Source of the DNA: Geopsychrobacteraceae bacterium
GTDB taxonomy: Bacteria > Desulfobacterota > Desulfuromonadia > Desulfuromonadales > Geopsychrobacteraceae
Direction: 5' to 3'
Length of the DNA stretch: 64,000 nucleotides
Assembly (NCBI GenBank): GCA_963676795.2
Contig: CAXXTB010000002.1
Coordinates: 832,001-896,000, forward strand
Each line of letters begins with the position of its first letter. The first letter of the stretch is position 1. Of the stretch, positions 9,193-22,165 are shown one piece after another. Both the position numbers and the translations under genes were made by a program. The notes under the pieces were generated by a model that saw only the letters and a list, made by a program, of their open reading frames with translations, did no database searches and was not told the DNA's origin.

Positions 9193-11604
9193 ATGACAAA
9201 AGACGAGAAACTGAAAGCCCTGCAGAGGCGAAGCGCTTTTTTCAGCGATGGTGTTCAGGGGTTGCGCAACCGCAAGGGGGCCAACCTGGGAGGCTGGCTG
9301 CTGCTGATTGTTTCAGTTCTGTTGACCTTTATCATCATACCGAAGGGGGGCTTGATCCCGGATCACTATGCCCCCGGTGATGTTGCGTCCCGCAATATCA
9401 AATCGCCCCGTGATTTGCTGGTCGAAGATCTGCCCTTGACCCAAGCCAAGCAGCTTGAGGCCGCCAACACGGTTGCACTGGTCTACCGCTTTGACCTAGC
9501 CAGCGGAAGCCAGACGGTCGAACGTCTGGACCGTGGGCTGCGCGGCCTGTGGAATTATCAGCTCAGCAGCAGGGGCCTGCAGGGGCAGGATGTTATCCCC
9601 CAGCTGGAGACCGATCTTGGCATACCGCTGACCAGTGAGGAGTTTCTGCCGCTACTGAAACTGCCCCTCTCCGAGACGTTGATCAACCAGATCCGGCGCT
9701 CCCTTGAAACTGTATTTCTGCGACCGATTGTTGCCAATCAGCAGATCTATCAGGTTGATCAGGACAAGGGGCTGGTCGTTCTCGACCGGGCGAGCGGCGA
9801 GCCACTCGAGCTGAATATTGCCGACCGGGTGATCGGCCTCAACCAGGCCCTTGGCGAAGTTCTGGCTCAATTGGGCCAGTTGCAGGGACTTGCGGATGGC
9901 CAGCGACAGGTCCTGGCGCGCCTCATCCAGCAACTGCTGCGTCCCAGCCTGGTCTTTGATCAGGATGAAACCGAAGCGAGACGCCAGCTGGCCCGCGAGC
10001 AGGTAGCGCCAGTGCTGTTTCAGATCAAGAAAGGCGAGATGATCGTGCGTGAAGGAGAGCGCATCTCCGCCGACCAGATTCTCAAGCTCAAGGCTATTCG
10101 TAATTCCGGCCTCGATAACCGCAACCTGCAGACGGCGGCAGGGCTGTTGATCTGTATTCTGCTGCTGATCTATGTCGGTTATCATTTTGCCAATGGTAAC
10201 ATCAGTAAGTTCCGTCCTGATCAGCGCGATCTGCTGTTTCTGTCGAGCGTTTTTCTGGTTTATTTCGTTCTGGTCAAGCTTTCGATCCTGATCGTCTCCG
10301 CTATCGGCAACAGTTTTACCTACATCGATTCAACGGCCTACCTCTATGCGGTTCCTTTTGCGCTGGGCGCCATGCTGGTGCGTATCGTGCTCAATTCCGA
10401 GACCGCGTTCATCTTTTCCGTCGGCTGTGCCGTGCTGGTCGGTATTATCATGGGCAACAGCCTGCTGATGGCCCTGTTTGTCATGGTCGGCAGTCTGGTC
10501 GGGGCGCACGGCGTTCGCCACTGTCAGCAACGGACCCGCCTTTATCGGGCCGGGCTGTGGATCGGCCTGACCAACGTCGCCCTGCTGCTGGGCATGCATT
10601 TCCTGTCCGGGCGGATTTTCGAGCTGCAGCTGTTATGGAAGCTCGGGCTCGGTTTCTTCGGCGGTATTGCCAGTGCGGTTGTCGTCAATGGCACGGTCCC
10701 GCTGGTCGAGTCCTTCTTCAAGTATACGACCGATATCAAGCTGCTCGAACTGGCCAATATGAACTCACCGGTGCTGCGCCAGCTGATGATCGAGGCTCCC
10801 GGGACCTATCACCATTCGATTCTGGTCGGCAATCTGGCCGAAGCGGGGGCCGAGGCGATACGCGCCAACCCGCTTCTGGCAAGGGTCGCGGCCTATTATC
10901 ACGATATCGGCAAGATCAAGAAGCCGCTCTATTTTATCGAGAACTCAGGCGGCCAGCGTAACAAGCATGACAAGCTGGCCCCGTCGATGAGTGCCCTGAT
11001 CCTGACCTCGCACGTTAAGGACGGCGTAGAGCTGGCCCGTGAGCACAAGCTGGGATCGGAGCTGATGGATATCATCCAGCAGCATCACGGCACCTCGCTG
11101 ATCAAGTTTTTTTATGACCGCGCCAAGAATCTCTCTGACCCGGAGGTTCAGCAGGTTGACGAGCGTGATTACCGTTATCATGGGCCCAAGCCCCAGACCC
11201 GGGAAGCTGCGCTGATCATGCTGGCCGACGCGATCGAGGCCGCCAGCCGGACGCTGACCGATCCGACCCCGGCCCGCATTCAGGGGATGGTGCAGAAACT
11301 GATCAACAATATCTTTATTGACGGCCAGCTCGATGAGTGTGATCTTACCCTGAAGGACCTGAACCTCATCGCCAGGAGCTTCAACCGGGTGCTGTCGAGT
11401 TCGTTCCACCACCGCGTCGATTATCCCGAGCCCGTACATATTGTCAAGGACAAGGCCGAGTCTGAGGACAAAGCGGCCAGCAAAGAGAAAGTGAAACAGA
11501 AAAATGCGAATTCAGATCGACAACCGACAGAACAGGCAACGGATTCTGAAGCGTCCCCTGCGCAAAATAGCCCAGAAGATCTTAGACGTCTCGGGATATC
11601 CTAA
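9193..11604 (+). CDS. 7TM-HD membrane phosphohydrolase (PgpH-like cyclic-di-AMP phosphodiesterase family)
   Basis: N-terminal TM, large extracytoplasmic domain, multi-TM block, then APGTYHHS..YYHDIGK..HHGT..MLADAIEAASR; typical phoH-HD-ybeY context. Confidence 0.88.
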   Translation: MTKDEKLKALQRRSAFFSDGVQGLRNRKGANLGGWLLLIVSVLLTFIIIPKGGLIPDHYAPGDVASRNIKSPRDLLVEDLPLTQAKQLEAANTVALVYRFDLASGSQTVERLDRGLRGLWNYQLSSRGLQGQDVIPQLETDLGIPLTSEEFLPLLKLPLSETLINQIRRSLETVFLRPIVANQQIYQVDQDKGLVVLDRASGEPLELNIADRVIGLNQALGEVLAQLGQLQGLADGQRQVLARLIQQLLRPSLVFDQDETEARRQLAREQVAPVLFQIKKGEMIVREGERISADQILKLKAIRNSGLDNRNLQTAAGLLICILLLIYVGYHFANGNISKFRPDQRDLLFLSSVFLVYFVLVKLSILIVSAIGNSFTYIDSTAYLYAVPFALGAMLVRIVLNSETAFIFSVGCAVLVGIIMGNSLLMALFVMVGSLVGAHGVRHCQQRTRLYRAGLWIGLTNVALLLGMHFLSGRIFELQLLWKLGLGFFGGIASAVVVNGTVPLVESFFKYTTDIKLLELANMNSPVLRQLMIEAPGTYHHSILVGNLAEAGAEAIRANPLLARVAAYYHDIGKIKKPLYFIENSGGQRNKHDKLAPSMSALILTSHVKDGVELAREHKLGSELMDIIQQHHGTSLIKFFYDRAKNLSDPEVQQVDERDYRYHGPKPQTREAALIMLADAIEAASRTLTDPTPARIQGMVQKLINNIFIDGQLDECDLTLKDLNLIARSFNRVLSSSFHHRVDYPEPVHIVKDKAESEDKAASKEKVKQKNANSDRQPTEQATDSEASPAQNSPEDLRRLGIS

Positions 11605-11962
11605 GGGTGAACTGTCGATTGTTCTGCTCGACAACGCCGGGATTCAGGAGGTCAACCGTGACTACCTGGGGCGCGACTGGCCGACCAATGTCATTTCGTT
11701 TTCGATGCTCGAAGGCGAAGGGGCAGGCATTCAGCCCAATCTGCTCGGCGATGTGATTATCTCGACCGAGCGCACAGCCAGCGATGCTGCAGAGGCCGGA
11801 ATCCCTTTTGAACATGAACTCTGGTTCTTGCTGCTGCATGGCATTCTCCATCTGATCGGTTATGATCATGAGCGTGGCAGCGAAATGGATGCCGCGCAGA
11901 TGGAAGCCAGGGAAAAAGAAATCTTTTCCATACTTGTTAACGAATTTTCTATTCCCGCTTAG
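11504..11962 (+). CDS. ybeY: rRNA maturation endoribonuclease YbeY
   Basis: NRDYLGRDWPTNVISF, LGDVIIS, HGILHLIGYDH metal-binding motif. Confidence 0.95.
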   Translation: MRIQIDNRQNRQRILKRPLRKIAQKILDVSGYPKGELSIVLLDNAGIQEVNRDYLGRDWPTNVISFSMLEGEGAGIQPNLLGDVIISTERTASDAAEAGIPFEHELWFLLLHGILHLIGYDHERGSEMDAAQMEAREKEIFSILVNEFSIPA

Positions 11963-11986
11963 ACAACAAAGGAGCTCGAAGATCAG

Positions 11987-12847
11987 GTGGATAGTGACAA
12001 TGCGCAAGATTCTGACAGTTGGTTAAAACGTCTGACCGATAAACTGGCCCTGCGTCCCAAGGCCAGCACTGAAGAAGATCTGCATGAAATGATCGATGCC
12101 TCGGAACAGCAGGGGATCATCGATGAAGAAGAAGGGGAGATGCTTCAGTCGATTCTGGAGCTGGATGAAACAATCCTGCGGGAGATCATGGTGCCGCGGA
12201 CCGATATGGTCTGTGTTGACTGTGACGGCCCTCTTAATGCTGTGCTGAAAGCCATTCTCAAAACCGGGCATTCCCGGATTCCCGTCTATCGTGGCAATAT
12301 CGATAATATTATCGGCCTGGTCTACGCCAAGGATCTGCTCCGTTACTGGGGGCGTGAGATCGACAAGATCGCTCTTGGTGAAGTGTTGCGCCCTCCTTAT
12401 CTGGTTCCAGAGTCGAAAACGGTCAGCGACATGCTCAAGGAATTTCGGGAGACCCGCGTCCATATCGCCATCGTTATCGATGAATATGGCGGGACCTCCG
12501 GATTGGTGACGATCGAGGACCTGCTGGAGGAGATTGTGGGGGATATCCAGGATGAGTACGATCGGGAAGATGAGTGGCTGATTGAAGAGCCGGACGGGAC
12601 ATTGCTGGTCGATGCCCGCCTGAATATCGAAGAATTTGAAGAGTATTATGAGGTTGAGGTGCCGCGCGAAAAATTTGATACGATCGGCGGCTACATTGTC
12701 GAACATTGTGGCCGGGTCCCGGCCGTCGGTGAGCGGATCAAAGTCGAGAATTTCGAGATGCTGATCGAGCAGGGAAACCAGCGGGTCATCCGTCAGGTAC
12801 GCATCTTCCCACAACAGGTCGCTGAGGCGGAAGGAAGCGATTCTTGA
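11987..12847 (+). CDS. corC: CBS/CorC-HlyC domain Mg2+/Co2+ efflux protein
   Basis: REIMVPRTDM, GHSRIPVY, VIDEYGGTSGLVTIEDLLEEIVGDIQDEYD, C-terminal CorC domain; ybeY-corC-lnt synteny. Confidence 0.9.
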   Translation: MDSDNAQDSDSWLKRLTDKLALRPKASTEEDLHEMIDASEQQGIIDEEEGEMLQSILELDETILREIMVPRTDMVCVDCDGPLNAVLKAILKTGHSRIPVYRGNIDNIIGLVYAKDLLRYWGREIDKIALGEVLRPPYLVPESKTVSDMLKEFRETRVHIAIVIDEYGGTSGLVTIEDLLEEIVGDIQDEYDREDEWLIEEPDGTLLVDARLNIEEFEEYYEVEVPREKFDTIGGYIVEHCGRVPAVGERIKVENFEMLIEQGNQRVIRQVRIFPQQVAEAEGSDS

Positions 12848-14361
12848 AGTATTTTACTCAGATTGACCGGACCGTTCTGATTTCTGCCCTTTCCGGGGCG
12901 CTGCTGGCGCTGGCCTTTCCGCGCCCCGATCTGTTCTGGCTGGCCTGGATCGGTTTGATACCGCTGTTGCTGGTTGTGGGGAAGCGCCCTTTCGCCAGTG
13001 GTTTTTCCGCCGGAATCGCCTTTTTCGCCATCGTTCTTTACTGGCTGAATATCGTCATGACCAGCTACGGAGGACTGCTGCCGGTTTTTTCCGCAATCGC
13101 CTACCTCATGCTGGTCGTCTATCTGGCGTTTTATTTCGGCATCGCCACGCTGACCAGCTGGGGATTGAAGAAGCGTTACCGGATTCCACTGTTGTTCAGC
13201 TTTCCATTCTTCTGGGTTGCCCTTGAATACCTGCGCGGCCTGATTTTCAGCGGATTTCCCTGGGCTCTGCTCGGCTATTCCCAGCAGGATTTCTCCCTGG
13301 CCATCCAGAGCGCGGATGTGACGGGGGTTTACGGTGTCAGTTTCATCCTGGTCGCGGTCAACTGCGCCCTGGCCTGGCTGATTGCTGAGCCGCGCAAGCG
13401 GAACGCCTGGGGCGGCGCAGTGATTGTTGCTGTGCTACTGGCCGGCCACCTCGGGTATGGTTACTGGTGTGAGCGGACGAAAAGCGATGAGCGCGGGGAA
13501 AGCCTGCGCATAGCCCTGATTCAGGGGAATATTGAACAGGGGCAGAAGTGGTTGCCGGAAAACCGTCAGCAGACCGTCGATTTATATCGTGAGCTATCCA
13601 GGCAGGCGGCAGAACAGCCGGTCGATTTGTTGCTCTGGCCGGAGGCGGCGACCCCGTTTTTTCTGCAGGATGACGGAGCGCTGCAGCAGCAGGTTAAAGC
13701 TGTACCCGGCGAGACGCAGTCCGCCTTGCTGGTCGGCAGTCCGTCCTATGAAGCGCATGCAGAAGGGCAGGTGAAATACTACAACAGCGCCTTCCTGTTC
13801 TCGCCGCGGGGGGAGCTGCTCGGCCGTTCCGACAAGCTCCACCTGGTGCCTTTCGGGGAGTATGTACCACTCAAATGGTTGCTCGGCTTTCTTGACAAGC
13901 TGGTTGTCGGCGCCGGAGATTTTTCTTCCGGAAAATTGCAGCCGCTTCTTTTGGCTGACCACAAACTCGGAGTCCTGATCTGTTATGAAGCGATCTTTTC
14001 CGAGCTGGCCCGGACTCAGGTGCGAAAGGGGAGTGAACTGCTGATCAACCTGACCAACGATGCCTGGTTCGGCCGTTCTTCGGCGCCCTATCAGCATCTT
14101 GCCATGGTGCGCTTTCGCTCTATTGAGAACCGGGTGTGGACGGCGCGCGCAGCCAATACCGGAATCTCGGCCATTATCGCTCCTTCGGGGACGGTTGTCA
14201 GTGCGACACCGCTGTTTGAGCGCCTTCAGCAGGGTGGGGTTGTCGGTCTGGGTGCAGAACAGACCTTTTATACCCGCTATGGCGACGTTTTTGCCCTGGC
14301 CTGTTTGATGCTCTTCTGCTTTGCCTGCTTTGCCCTGACGCGTAAGAAAATCAAAGACTGA
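12844..14361 (+). CDS. lnt: Apolipoprotein N-acyltransferase
   Basis: GFPWALLGYSQ, QGNI, WPE, YNSA, KLHLVPFGEY, ICYE, NDAWFG, RAANTGIS (nitrilase E-K-C triad). Confidence 0.95.
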   Translation: MKYFTQIDRTVLISALSGALLALAFPRPDLFWLAWIGLIPLLLVVGKRPFASGFSAGIAFFAIVLYWLNIVMTSYGGLLPVFSAIAYLMLVVYLAFYFGIATLTSWGLKKRYRIPLLFSFPFFWVALEYLRGLIFSGFPWALLGYSQQDFSLAIQSADVTGVYGVSFILVAVNCALAWLIAEPRKRNAWGGAVIVAVLLAGHLGYGYWCERTKSDERGESLRIALIQGNIEQGQKWLPENRQQTVDLYRELSRQAAEQPVDLLLWPEAATPFFLQDDGALQQQVKAVPGETQSALLVGSPSYEAHAEGQVKYYNSAFLFSPRGELLGRSDKLHLVPFGEYVPLKWLLGFLDKLVVGAGDFSSGKLQPLLLADHKLGVLICYEAIFSELARTQVRKGSELLINLTNDAWFGRSSAPYQHLAMVRFRSIENRVWTARAANTGISAIIAPSGTVVSATPLFERLQQGGVVGLGAEQTFYTRYGDVFALACLMLFCFACFALTRKKIKD

Positions 14362-14408
14362 TCGTCGGCCTGTTGCCGTTTAACTTCATCGTCTCCGGAG
14401 ATATTCAG

Positions 14409-16163
14409 GTGCGCTATTCATCTTTGCTGCTGGTTCCGCTTCTGTTGCTCTGGTTTTTGGCTGCTCCCCTGTGGGCGGCCGTCGCCAATGATAGCGCTTC
14501 TCTGCAGGCCGGGATGATGACGGTCGGACTTTTTGGTGGGCTGGCCCTGTTTCTCTATGGTATGGAGCAGATGACCGAAGCGCTCAAGGCGGCCGCCGGC
14601 AGTGGCCTGCAGTCGATCCTGGCGCGACTGACGACCAATCGCTTCAGCGGCGCTTTGATAGGGGCTCTGGTTACGGCGATCATACAGTCGTCTTCAGTAA
14701 CGACGGTTCTGGTTGTCGGCTTCGTCAGCGCGGGGCTGATGACCCTCAACCAGTCGATCGGGGTCATCCTTGGAGCAAATATCGGGAGCACCGTAACCGC
14801 CCAGATCATCGCCTTCAATGTGACCAGGTATTCCCTGCTGATTGTTGCCGTCGGTTTTGCCATGACCTTTATCGGCCAACGCGAACGGGTAAAACAGTAC
14901 GGCCATATTTTCTTTGGTCTCGGGCTGCTTTTCCTCGGCATGGGGATCATGAGTGAGGCGATGGCTCCGCTGCGCAGCTATCCACCTTTCATGACGCTGA
15001 TGGCGCAAATGGCCAACCCAGTGCTGGGGATTGCTGTCGGTGCCGTGTTTACCGCTCTGGTTCAGTCTTCCGCAGCGACGACCGGGATCGTCATTGTCCT
15101 CGCCAGTCAGGGTTTTGTTCCGCTGACCGCAGGGATCGCCCTCGCTCTGGGTGCCAATATCGGGACCTGCGTGACGGCGATGCTGGCAACCATCGGCAAG
15201 CCGCGGGCCGCGCTGCGGGCGGCTGCGGTGCATGTCCTGTTCAATGTCGTCGGGGTTCTGCTCTGGTTCGGTTTTATCGGTCAGCTTGCCCAGCTGACCC
15301 GTGCTTTGTCGCCGCTACACCCCGAACTGACTGGTCTTACCCGCCTGGCGGCAGAAACGCCGCGCCAGATCGCCAATGCCAATACCCTGTTCAATCTGGT
15401 CAACACCCTGCTGTTTATCGGTTTTACCCCCTGGATCGGACAGCTTGTCAGCCGTATCTTTCCCGATCGGTCGAGGCGCGAAGATCAGCCGTTGATTGTG
15501 CCGAAATACCTGGATGAGCATCTGCTCGAAACCCCCTCCGCGGCACTCAATGTCGTGCGGCTTGAAGTTGGCCATCTTGGTCAGCAGGTGCTGCTGATGC
15601 TGGCCACCGCGCACAGGGCTCTTGAGGAACAGAGCGTCGATCTGTTCCGTGATGTTGAAAAGGCCGATGACGCAGCCGATATCCTGCATAAGGCGATTCT
15701 GGAATACCTCAATGCGATAGGCAAGCGGGAGTTGACCAGTCAGCAGATTGAAGAGTACTTTCGACTGGCACAGGCGGTCGATACTCTTGAAAGTGTCGGT
15801 GATCTGCTGGAATCCGATTTTGCCGTGACCGGTGTGGAGCTGGCCCAGCAGGGTGCGCGACCGAGCTCGATCATGTTTAAACATCTGGAAAAATTGCATG
15901 CGCTGGTTGTCGAGGCGCTGGAGTCGGCCATCCAGGCAGTTGTCAACAGCGATCCGAAGGCAGGGCAGGATGTTTTGGGACTGCGTCTGGCGGTCAACGC
16001 TACGGTTTCCGAGGCCTTTCAGCATCAGGTGGACAGTCTGGCGAAAAGTGATCGGGAGCGGATTGCGACGCTGCAGCTCGAGTTTGAGTTGATCGATAAA
16101 ATGAAGCAGATTTACTCGCTGTGTAAACGTATCGCCAGGCTTTTTGTTCCGCCCGCGGTCTGA
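14409..16163 (+). CDS. Na/Pi cotransporter family protein with C-terminal PhoU-like domains
   Basis: Two repeats QSSSVTT/GANIG and QSSAATT/GANIGT; helical C-terminal half. GTG start at 14409 follows GGAG (ORF track 14373). Confidence 0.88.
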   Translation: MRYSSLLLVPLLLLWFLAAPLWAAVANDSASLQAGMMTVGLFGGLALFLYGMEQMTEALKAAAGSGLQSILARLTTNRFSGALIGALVTAIIQSSSVTTVLVVGFVSAGLMTLNQSIGVILGANIGSTVTAQIIAFNVTRYSLLIVAVGFAMTFIGQRERVKQYGHIFFGLGLLFLGMGIMSEAMAPLRSYPPFMTLMAQMANPVLGIAVGAVFTALVQSSAATTGIVIVLASQGFVPLTAGIALALGANIGTCVTAMLATIGKPRAALRAAAVHVLFNVVGVLLWFGFIGQLAQLTRALSPLHPELTGLTRLAAETPRQIANANTLFNLVNTLLFIGFTPWIGQLVSRIFPDRSRREDQPLIVPKYLDEHLLETPSAALNVVRLEVGHLGQQVLLMLATAHRALEEQSVDLFRDVEKADDAADILHKAILEYLNAIGKRELTSQQIEEYFRLAQAVDTLESVGDLLESDFAVTGVELAQQGARPSSIMFKHLEKLHALVVEALESAIQAVVNSDPKAGQDVLGLRLAVNATVSEAFQHQVDSLAKSDRERIATLQLEFELIDKMKQIYSLCKRIARLFVPPAV

Positions 16164-16251
16164 CCGGTCTTATAGCGTGATTTGGCGGTTGACAACGGCA
16201 GCGTTTCGAGCAAGTATCTCAGTTTTTTTGCGAACCTGAAGGATGGAATCT

Positions 16252-17019
16252 ATGCAGCAGGTCACAGCGATACTGCCGGCCCGTTACGCATCTACCCGCT
16301 TTCCGGGCAAGCCGTTGGCACTGATCGCCGGCAAGCCCATGATTCAGCATGTTTACGAACGGGTGGCGCTGGCCGGTTCGGTGGATAGAGTCATTGTTGC
16401 CACCGATGATCAGCGCATCGTTGATTGTGTTGCGGCCTTCGGCGGCGAGGTGGTACTGACCCGTGCCGATCATCCGACCGGGACAGATCGTCTGGCCGAG
16501 GTCGCAAGCCGCATCGATACCGAGCTGATCGTCAACGTCCAGGGGGACGAGCCGCTGATTCAGCCTGAAATGATCGATCAGGCGGTGGTGCCGCTGGTCG
16601 AGAATCCCGGGATCCAGATGGGGACACTGGCGTCTGCTGTCGACAGTATCGAAGATTTTCGCAGCCCGAATGTGGTCAAGGTAGTCAGGAATCTGGCCGG
16701 GTTCGCCCTCTACTTTTCCCGGGCTCCAATCCCCTGGCCGCGGGATATTGCTGCGGATCAGCTCGGAGAGCGGCTCGCCGAGCTCGGCATCCTGCGTCAT
16801 ATCGGACTCTACGTTTACCGTCGGCAGTTGTTGCTCGACTACCCGAACTGGCCGAAAACCCCGCTGGAAGAGCTGGAAAACCTGGAGCAGTTGCGCGCTC
16901 TGGAACGGGGCGTCGGTCTCTATGTTGCGCAGACCGGTTTCTCCTGCCACGGGGTCGATACGCCAGAGGATCTGCTCCGGGTTGAGCGCCTGCTGAGCGA
17001 AAAACACGAATTAAAATAG
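16252..17019 (+). CDS. kdsB: 3-deoxy-manno-octulosonate cytidylyltransferase
   Basis: ILPARYASTRFPGKPL, GTDRLAE, VNVQGDEP, LYFSRAPIP, LEQLRAL, GVDTPED. Confidence 0.96.
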   Translation: MQQVTAILPARYASTRFPGKPLALIAGKPMIQHVYERVALAGSVDRVIVATDDQRIVDCVAAFGGEVVLTRADHPTGTDRLAEVASRIDTELIVNVQGDEPLIQPEMIDQAVVPLVENPGIQMGTLASAVDSIEDFRSPNVVKVVRNLAGFALYFSRAPIPWPRDIAADQLGERLAELGILRHIGLYVYRRQLLLDYPNWPKTPLEELENLEQLRALERGVGLYVAQTGFSCHGVDTPEDLLRVERLLSEKHELK

Positions 17020-17145
17020 GAGTTTCGGTTCTATTCGGAGGATGGACCGATTTTTGCTAGATCGGGGTTTCTTTCGGCCCTGTTTCTGTGTAGAATCAGC
17101 CAACTGCGACAAATGGCCATATGGTGGCCTTAAGTGCGAATATAG

Positions 17146-19598
<2,453 letters not shown>

Positions 19599-19605
19599 GG
19601 AAGTG

Positions 19606-20568
19606 ATGATAGAAACAGCCAAACGCGTCCTGCAGGTGGAAGCCGAAGCCGTTCTCGCCCTCCAGGACCGCCTTGACGGAGATTTTACCAAGGCCGTAGA
19701 GATGATCCTGGCCTGTCAGGGAAAGGTCGTGATCACCGGGATGGGCAAGTCGGGCCTGATCTGTCAGAAGATCGCCGCAACCATGGCATCGACCGGAACC
19801 CCGACCTTCTTTCTTCATCCGGCTGAAGGGATCCACGGTGACCTCGGTATGTTGTCGAAGGGGGATGTGGTCATTGCCGTCTCTTTTTCCGGTGAAACCG
19901 AAGAGGTCTGCCGGATTCTGCCGGTGATCAAACGGATGGGGCTGCCGCTGATTTCCATGTCCGGCAATCCCAAGAGTACTCTGGGAATCGCCGGTGATGT
20001 CCACCTCAATGTCGCGATCAAGGAAGAGGCCTGTCCGCTCGGTCTGGCCCCCACTGCCAGTACCACTGCGACACTGGCCATGGGGGATGCTCTGGCCGTT
20101 GTCCTGCTCAACGAACGTGGCTTCAAGGCGGAGGATTTCGCCCTGTTTCACCCCGGCGGCTCTCTGGGGCGTAAATTGCTGCTGCGCGTCGATGACATCA
20201 TGCTGCGTGGCGATGCTGTGCCGCTGGTCAGCGAAGAGACGCTGCTGCGCGATGCACTGTTTGAGATCACCAGTAAAAAGATGGGGGTCACCGGTGTTGT
20301 CGATCAGGCCGGTCAGCTGACCGGGGTCTTCACCGATGGTGACCTGCGCCGGATCATGGAAAAAGGGCTGGACGGTCTTGAATCTCCGATCCGTGAAGCG
20401 ATGTCGACAAGTCCGAAGCGGATCCTGCGCCACAATCTGGCAGCCAAGGCGTTGCAGGTGATGGAAACCTACAAGATCTCCTCATTGTTTGTCTTCGAAG
20501 AAGAGGCGGGCAAGGTTCCGGTCGGTGTCGTTCACCTGCAGGATCTGCTCAAGGCCGGAGTGGTCTGA
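19606..20568 (+). CDS. kdsD: Arabinose-5-phosphate isomerase (KpsF/GutQ)
   Basis: TGMGKSG, HPAEGIHGDLG, APTAST, HPGGSLG, two CBS domains. Confidence 0.96.
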   Translation: MIETAKRVLQVEAEAVLALQDRLDGDFTKAVEMILACQGKVVITGMGKSGLICQKIAATMASTGTPTFFLHPAEGIHGDLGMLSKGDVVIAVSFSGETEEVCRILPVIKRMGLPLISMSGNPKSTLGIAGDVHLNVAIKEEACPLGLAPTASTTATLAMGDALAVVLLNERGFKAEDFALFHPGGSLGRKLLLRVDDIMLRGDAVPLVSEETLLRDALFEITSKKMGVTGVVDQAGQLTGVFTDGDLRRIMEKGLDGLESPIREAMSTSPKRILRHNLAAKALQVMETYKISSLFVFEEEAGKVPVGVVHLQDLLKAGVV

Positions 20569-21086
20569 TGCTGAAGAAGATGGAGAGGATCAAGCTGCTG
20601 CTGATGGATGTCGACGGGGTACTGACCGACGGACGGATCATCTACGACAATCTGGGGAATGAACTCAAGGCCTTTGATGTCAAGGACGGCCATGGCCTGA
20701 AAATGCTGCAGCGGGCCGGCATCCAGCTGGGCATCATCACCGGCCGCTCATCGCAGGTCGTTGACAAGCGTGCCGCTGAGCTGGATATCGAGATTCTCTA
20801 CCAGGGGGTCAAGATCAAACTTGAGCCTTACCTGGAAATCATGGCGGCGACGGGGCTGACCGATGAGCAGATCGCCTACATCGGTGATGATATCGTCGAC
20901 CTGCCGCTGCTCAGGCGGGTCGGCTTTAGTGCGACCGTTGCAGACGCCGTCGAGGACGTCAAGCCGCTTGTCGATTATGTGACCAGCCGTCCCGGTGGAC
21001 GTGGCGCCGTTCGTGAGGTCTGCGATATGCTGCTGCGAGCCGGTGGCCACTGGGAATCCTTGACCGAACGTTATTTCAAGGCCTGA
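20568..21086 (+). CDS. kdsC: KDO8P phosphatase (HAD family)
   Basis: MDVDGVLTDG, IITGR, YIGDDIVD, GGRGAVRE. Confidence 0.95.
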   Translation: MLKKMERIKLLLMDVDGVLTDGRIIYDNLGNELKAFDVKDGHGLKMLQRAGIQLGIITGRSSQVVDKRAAELDIEILYQGVKIKLEPYLEIMAATGLTDEQIAYIGDDIVDLPLLRRVGFSATVADAVEDVKPLVDYVTSRPGGRGAVREVCDMLLRAGGHWESLTERYFKA

Positions 21087-21112
21087 AAGATTCTGGCTTA
21101 CGGATTTGCCCC

Positions 21113-21673
21113 ATGTTGACGGTACGTCGTGCTCTGGCCATCATTATCCTGCTTGCTGTCGTCGCTGTCGTCGCCGGTATCTGGCTGAATCGTCCCGATA
21201 CTCCGCAACAGCTGCTCGATCAGTTGCCTGCAGATGTCGACCTGGCCCTGCAGGAGCTGCACTATACCCAGAACGAAAACGGCAGGGCGGTCTGGTCGCT
21301 GGACGCGACCCAGGCGGAGTATCAGCGCGAGTCGGGGGTCGCCCGACTGGAGAATGTCGCTCTGGTCCTCTACCAGGAACGGGAGTTTGGTCAGGTGGAG
21401 CTGACGGCCAGACGGGGCCACTTCGATCAGCAGGCTAACGAGATTGAAGCTCGCGGTGACGTGGTTCTGGTCAGCGAAAGAGGGGATCGCCTCTACACGG
21501 ACAGACTGCGTTACGACGCAAATCGTAAACAGATAAGTACGGCGGATGCTTTCCGCTATCTGAGCTCCGGCAGCGAGTTGACAGGCGTCGGCCTGCAGAT
21601 CGATCTCGTATCCGGCCGGATGACGGTGGAGAATGATGTCCGGGCTCGTTTTGTCCCGGAGATGGAGCCCTGA
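21113..21673 (+). CDS. lptC: LPS export protein LptC
   Basis: Single N-terminal TM, beta-jellyroll-like sequence, position between kdsC and lptA. Confidence 0.85.
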   Translation: MLTVRRALAIIILLAVVAVVAGIWLNRPDTPQQLLDQLPADVDLALQELHYTQNENGRAVWSLDATQAEYQRESGVARLENVALVLYQEREFGQVELTARRGHFDQQANEIEARGDVVLVSERGDRLYTDRLRYDANRKQISTADAFRYLSSGSELTGVGLQIDLVSGRMTVENDVRARFVPEMEP

Positions 21674-22165
21674 ATGAAAAAATGGACATTGGCAGCTCTT
21701 TTCCTGCTGCTGGCGAGTGTTCCGCCACATCTTCACGCAGCAGACGCGCCGGCGGATTACGATGCCAGCCAGCCGATCGAGATAACGGCACAGCAGCTCG
21801 AAGCTGACCGGGCGGTGCGGCGCTCCATTTTTCGTGGCGATGTGGTTGCTGTTCAGGGTGATATGACCTTGAGAGCGGACACCCTGACCGTCTATTTTCT
21901 CGAAGAGCAGAACCGTATCGACCGGCTGATTGCCGAGGGGCATGTCAGGGTCGAGCAGCTGGATCGCATCGCGACGGCCGACGAAGCGATCTACAGCCGT
22001 GTCGATGAGGTGCTGACCCTGAAGGGAAACGCCCAGGTTGAGCAGGGGCAGAACCGGGTCAACGGCACAGAGATTGTTCTCTACCTGAACGAAAACAGGA
22101 CCCTGGTCAAGGGCTCGGAACAGGGGCGGGTCAAGGCGATTTTCAGCCCGGAGGCTGGTCAGTGA
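21674..22165 (+). CDS. lptA: LPS export periplasmic protein LptA
   Basis: Signal peptide, [39 protein letters not shown] (OstA-like). Confidence 0.9.
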   Translation: MKKWTLAALFLLLASVPPHLHAADAPADYDASQPIEITAQQLEADRAVRRSIFRGDVVAVQGDMTLRADTLTVYFLEEQNRIDRLIAEGHVRVEQLDRIATADEAIYSRVDEVLTLKGNAQVEQGQNRVNGTEIVLYLNENRTLVKGSEQGRVKAIFSPEAGQ

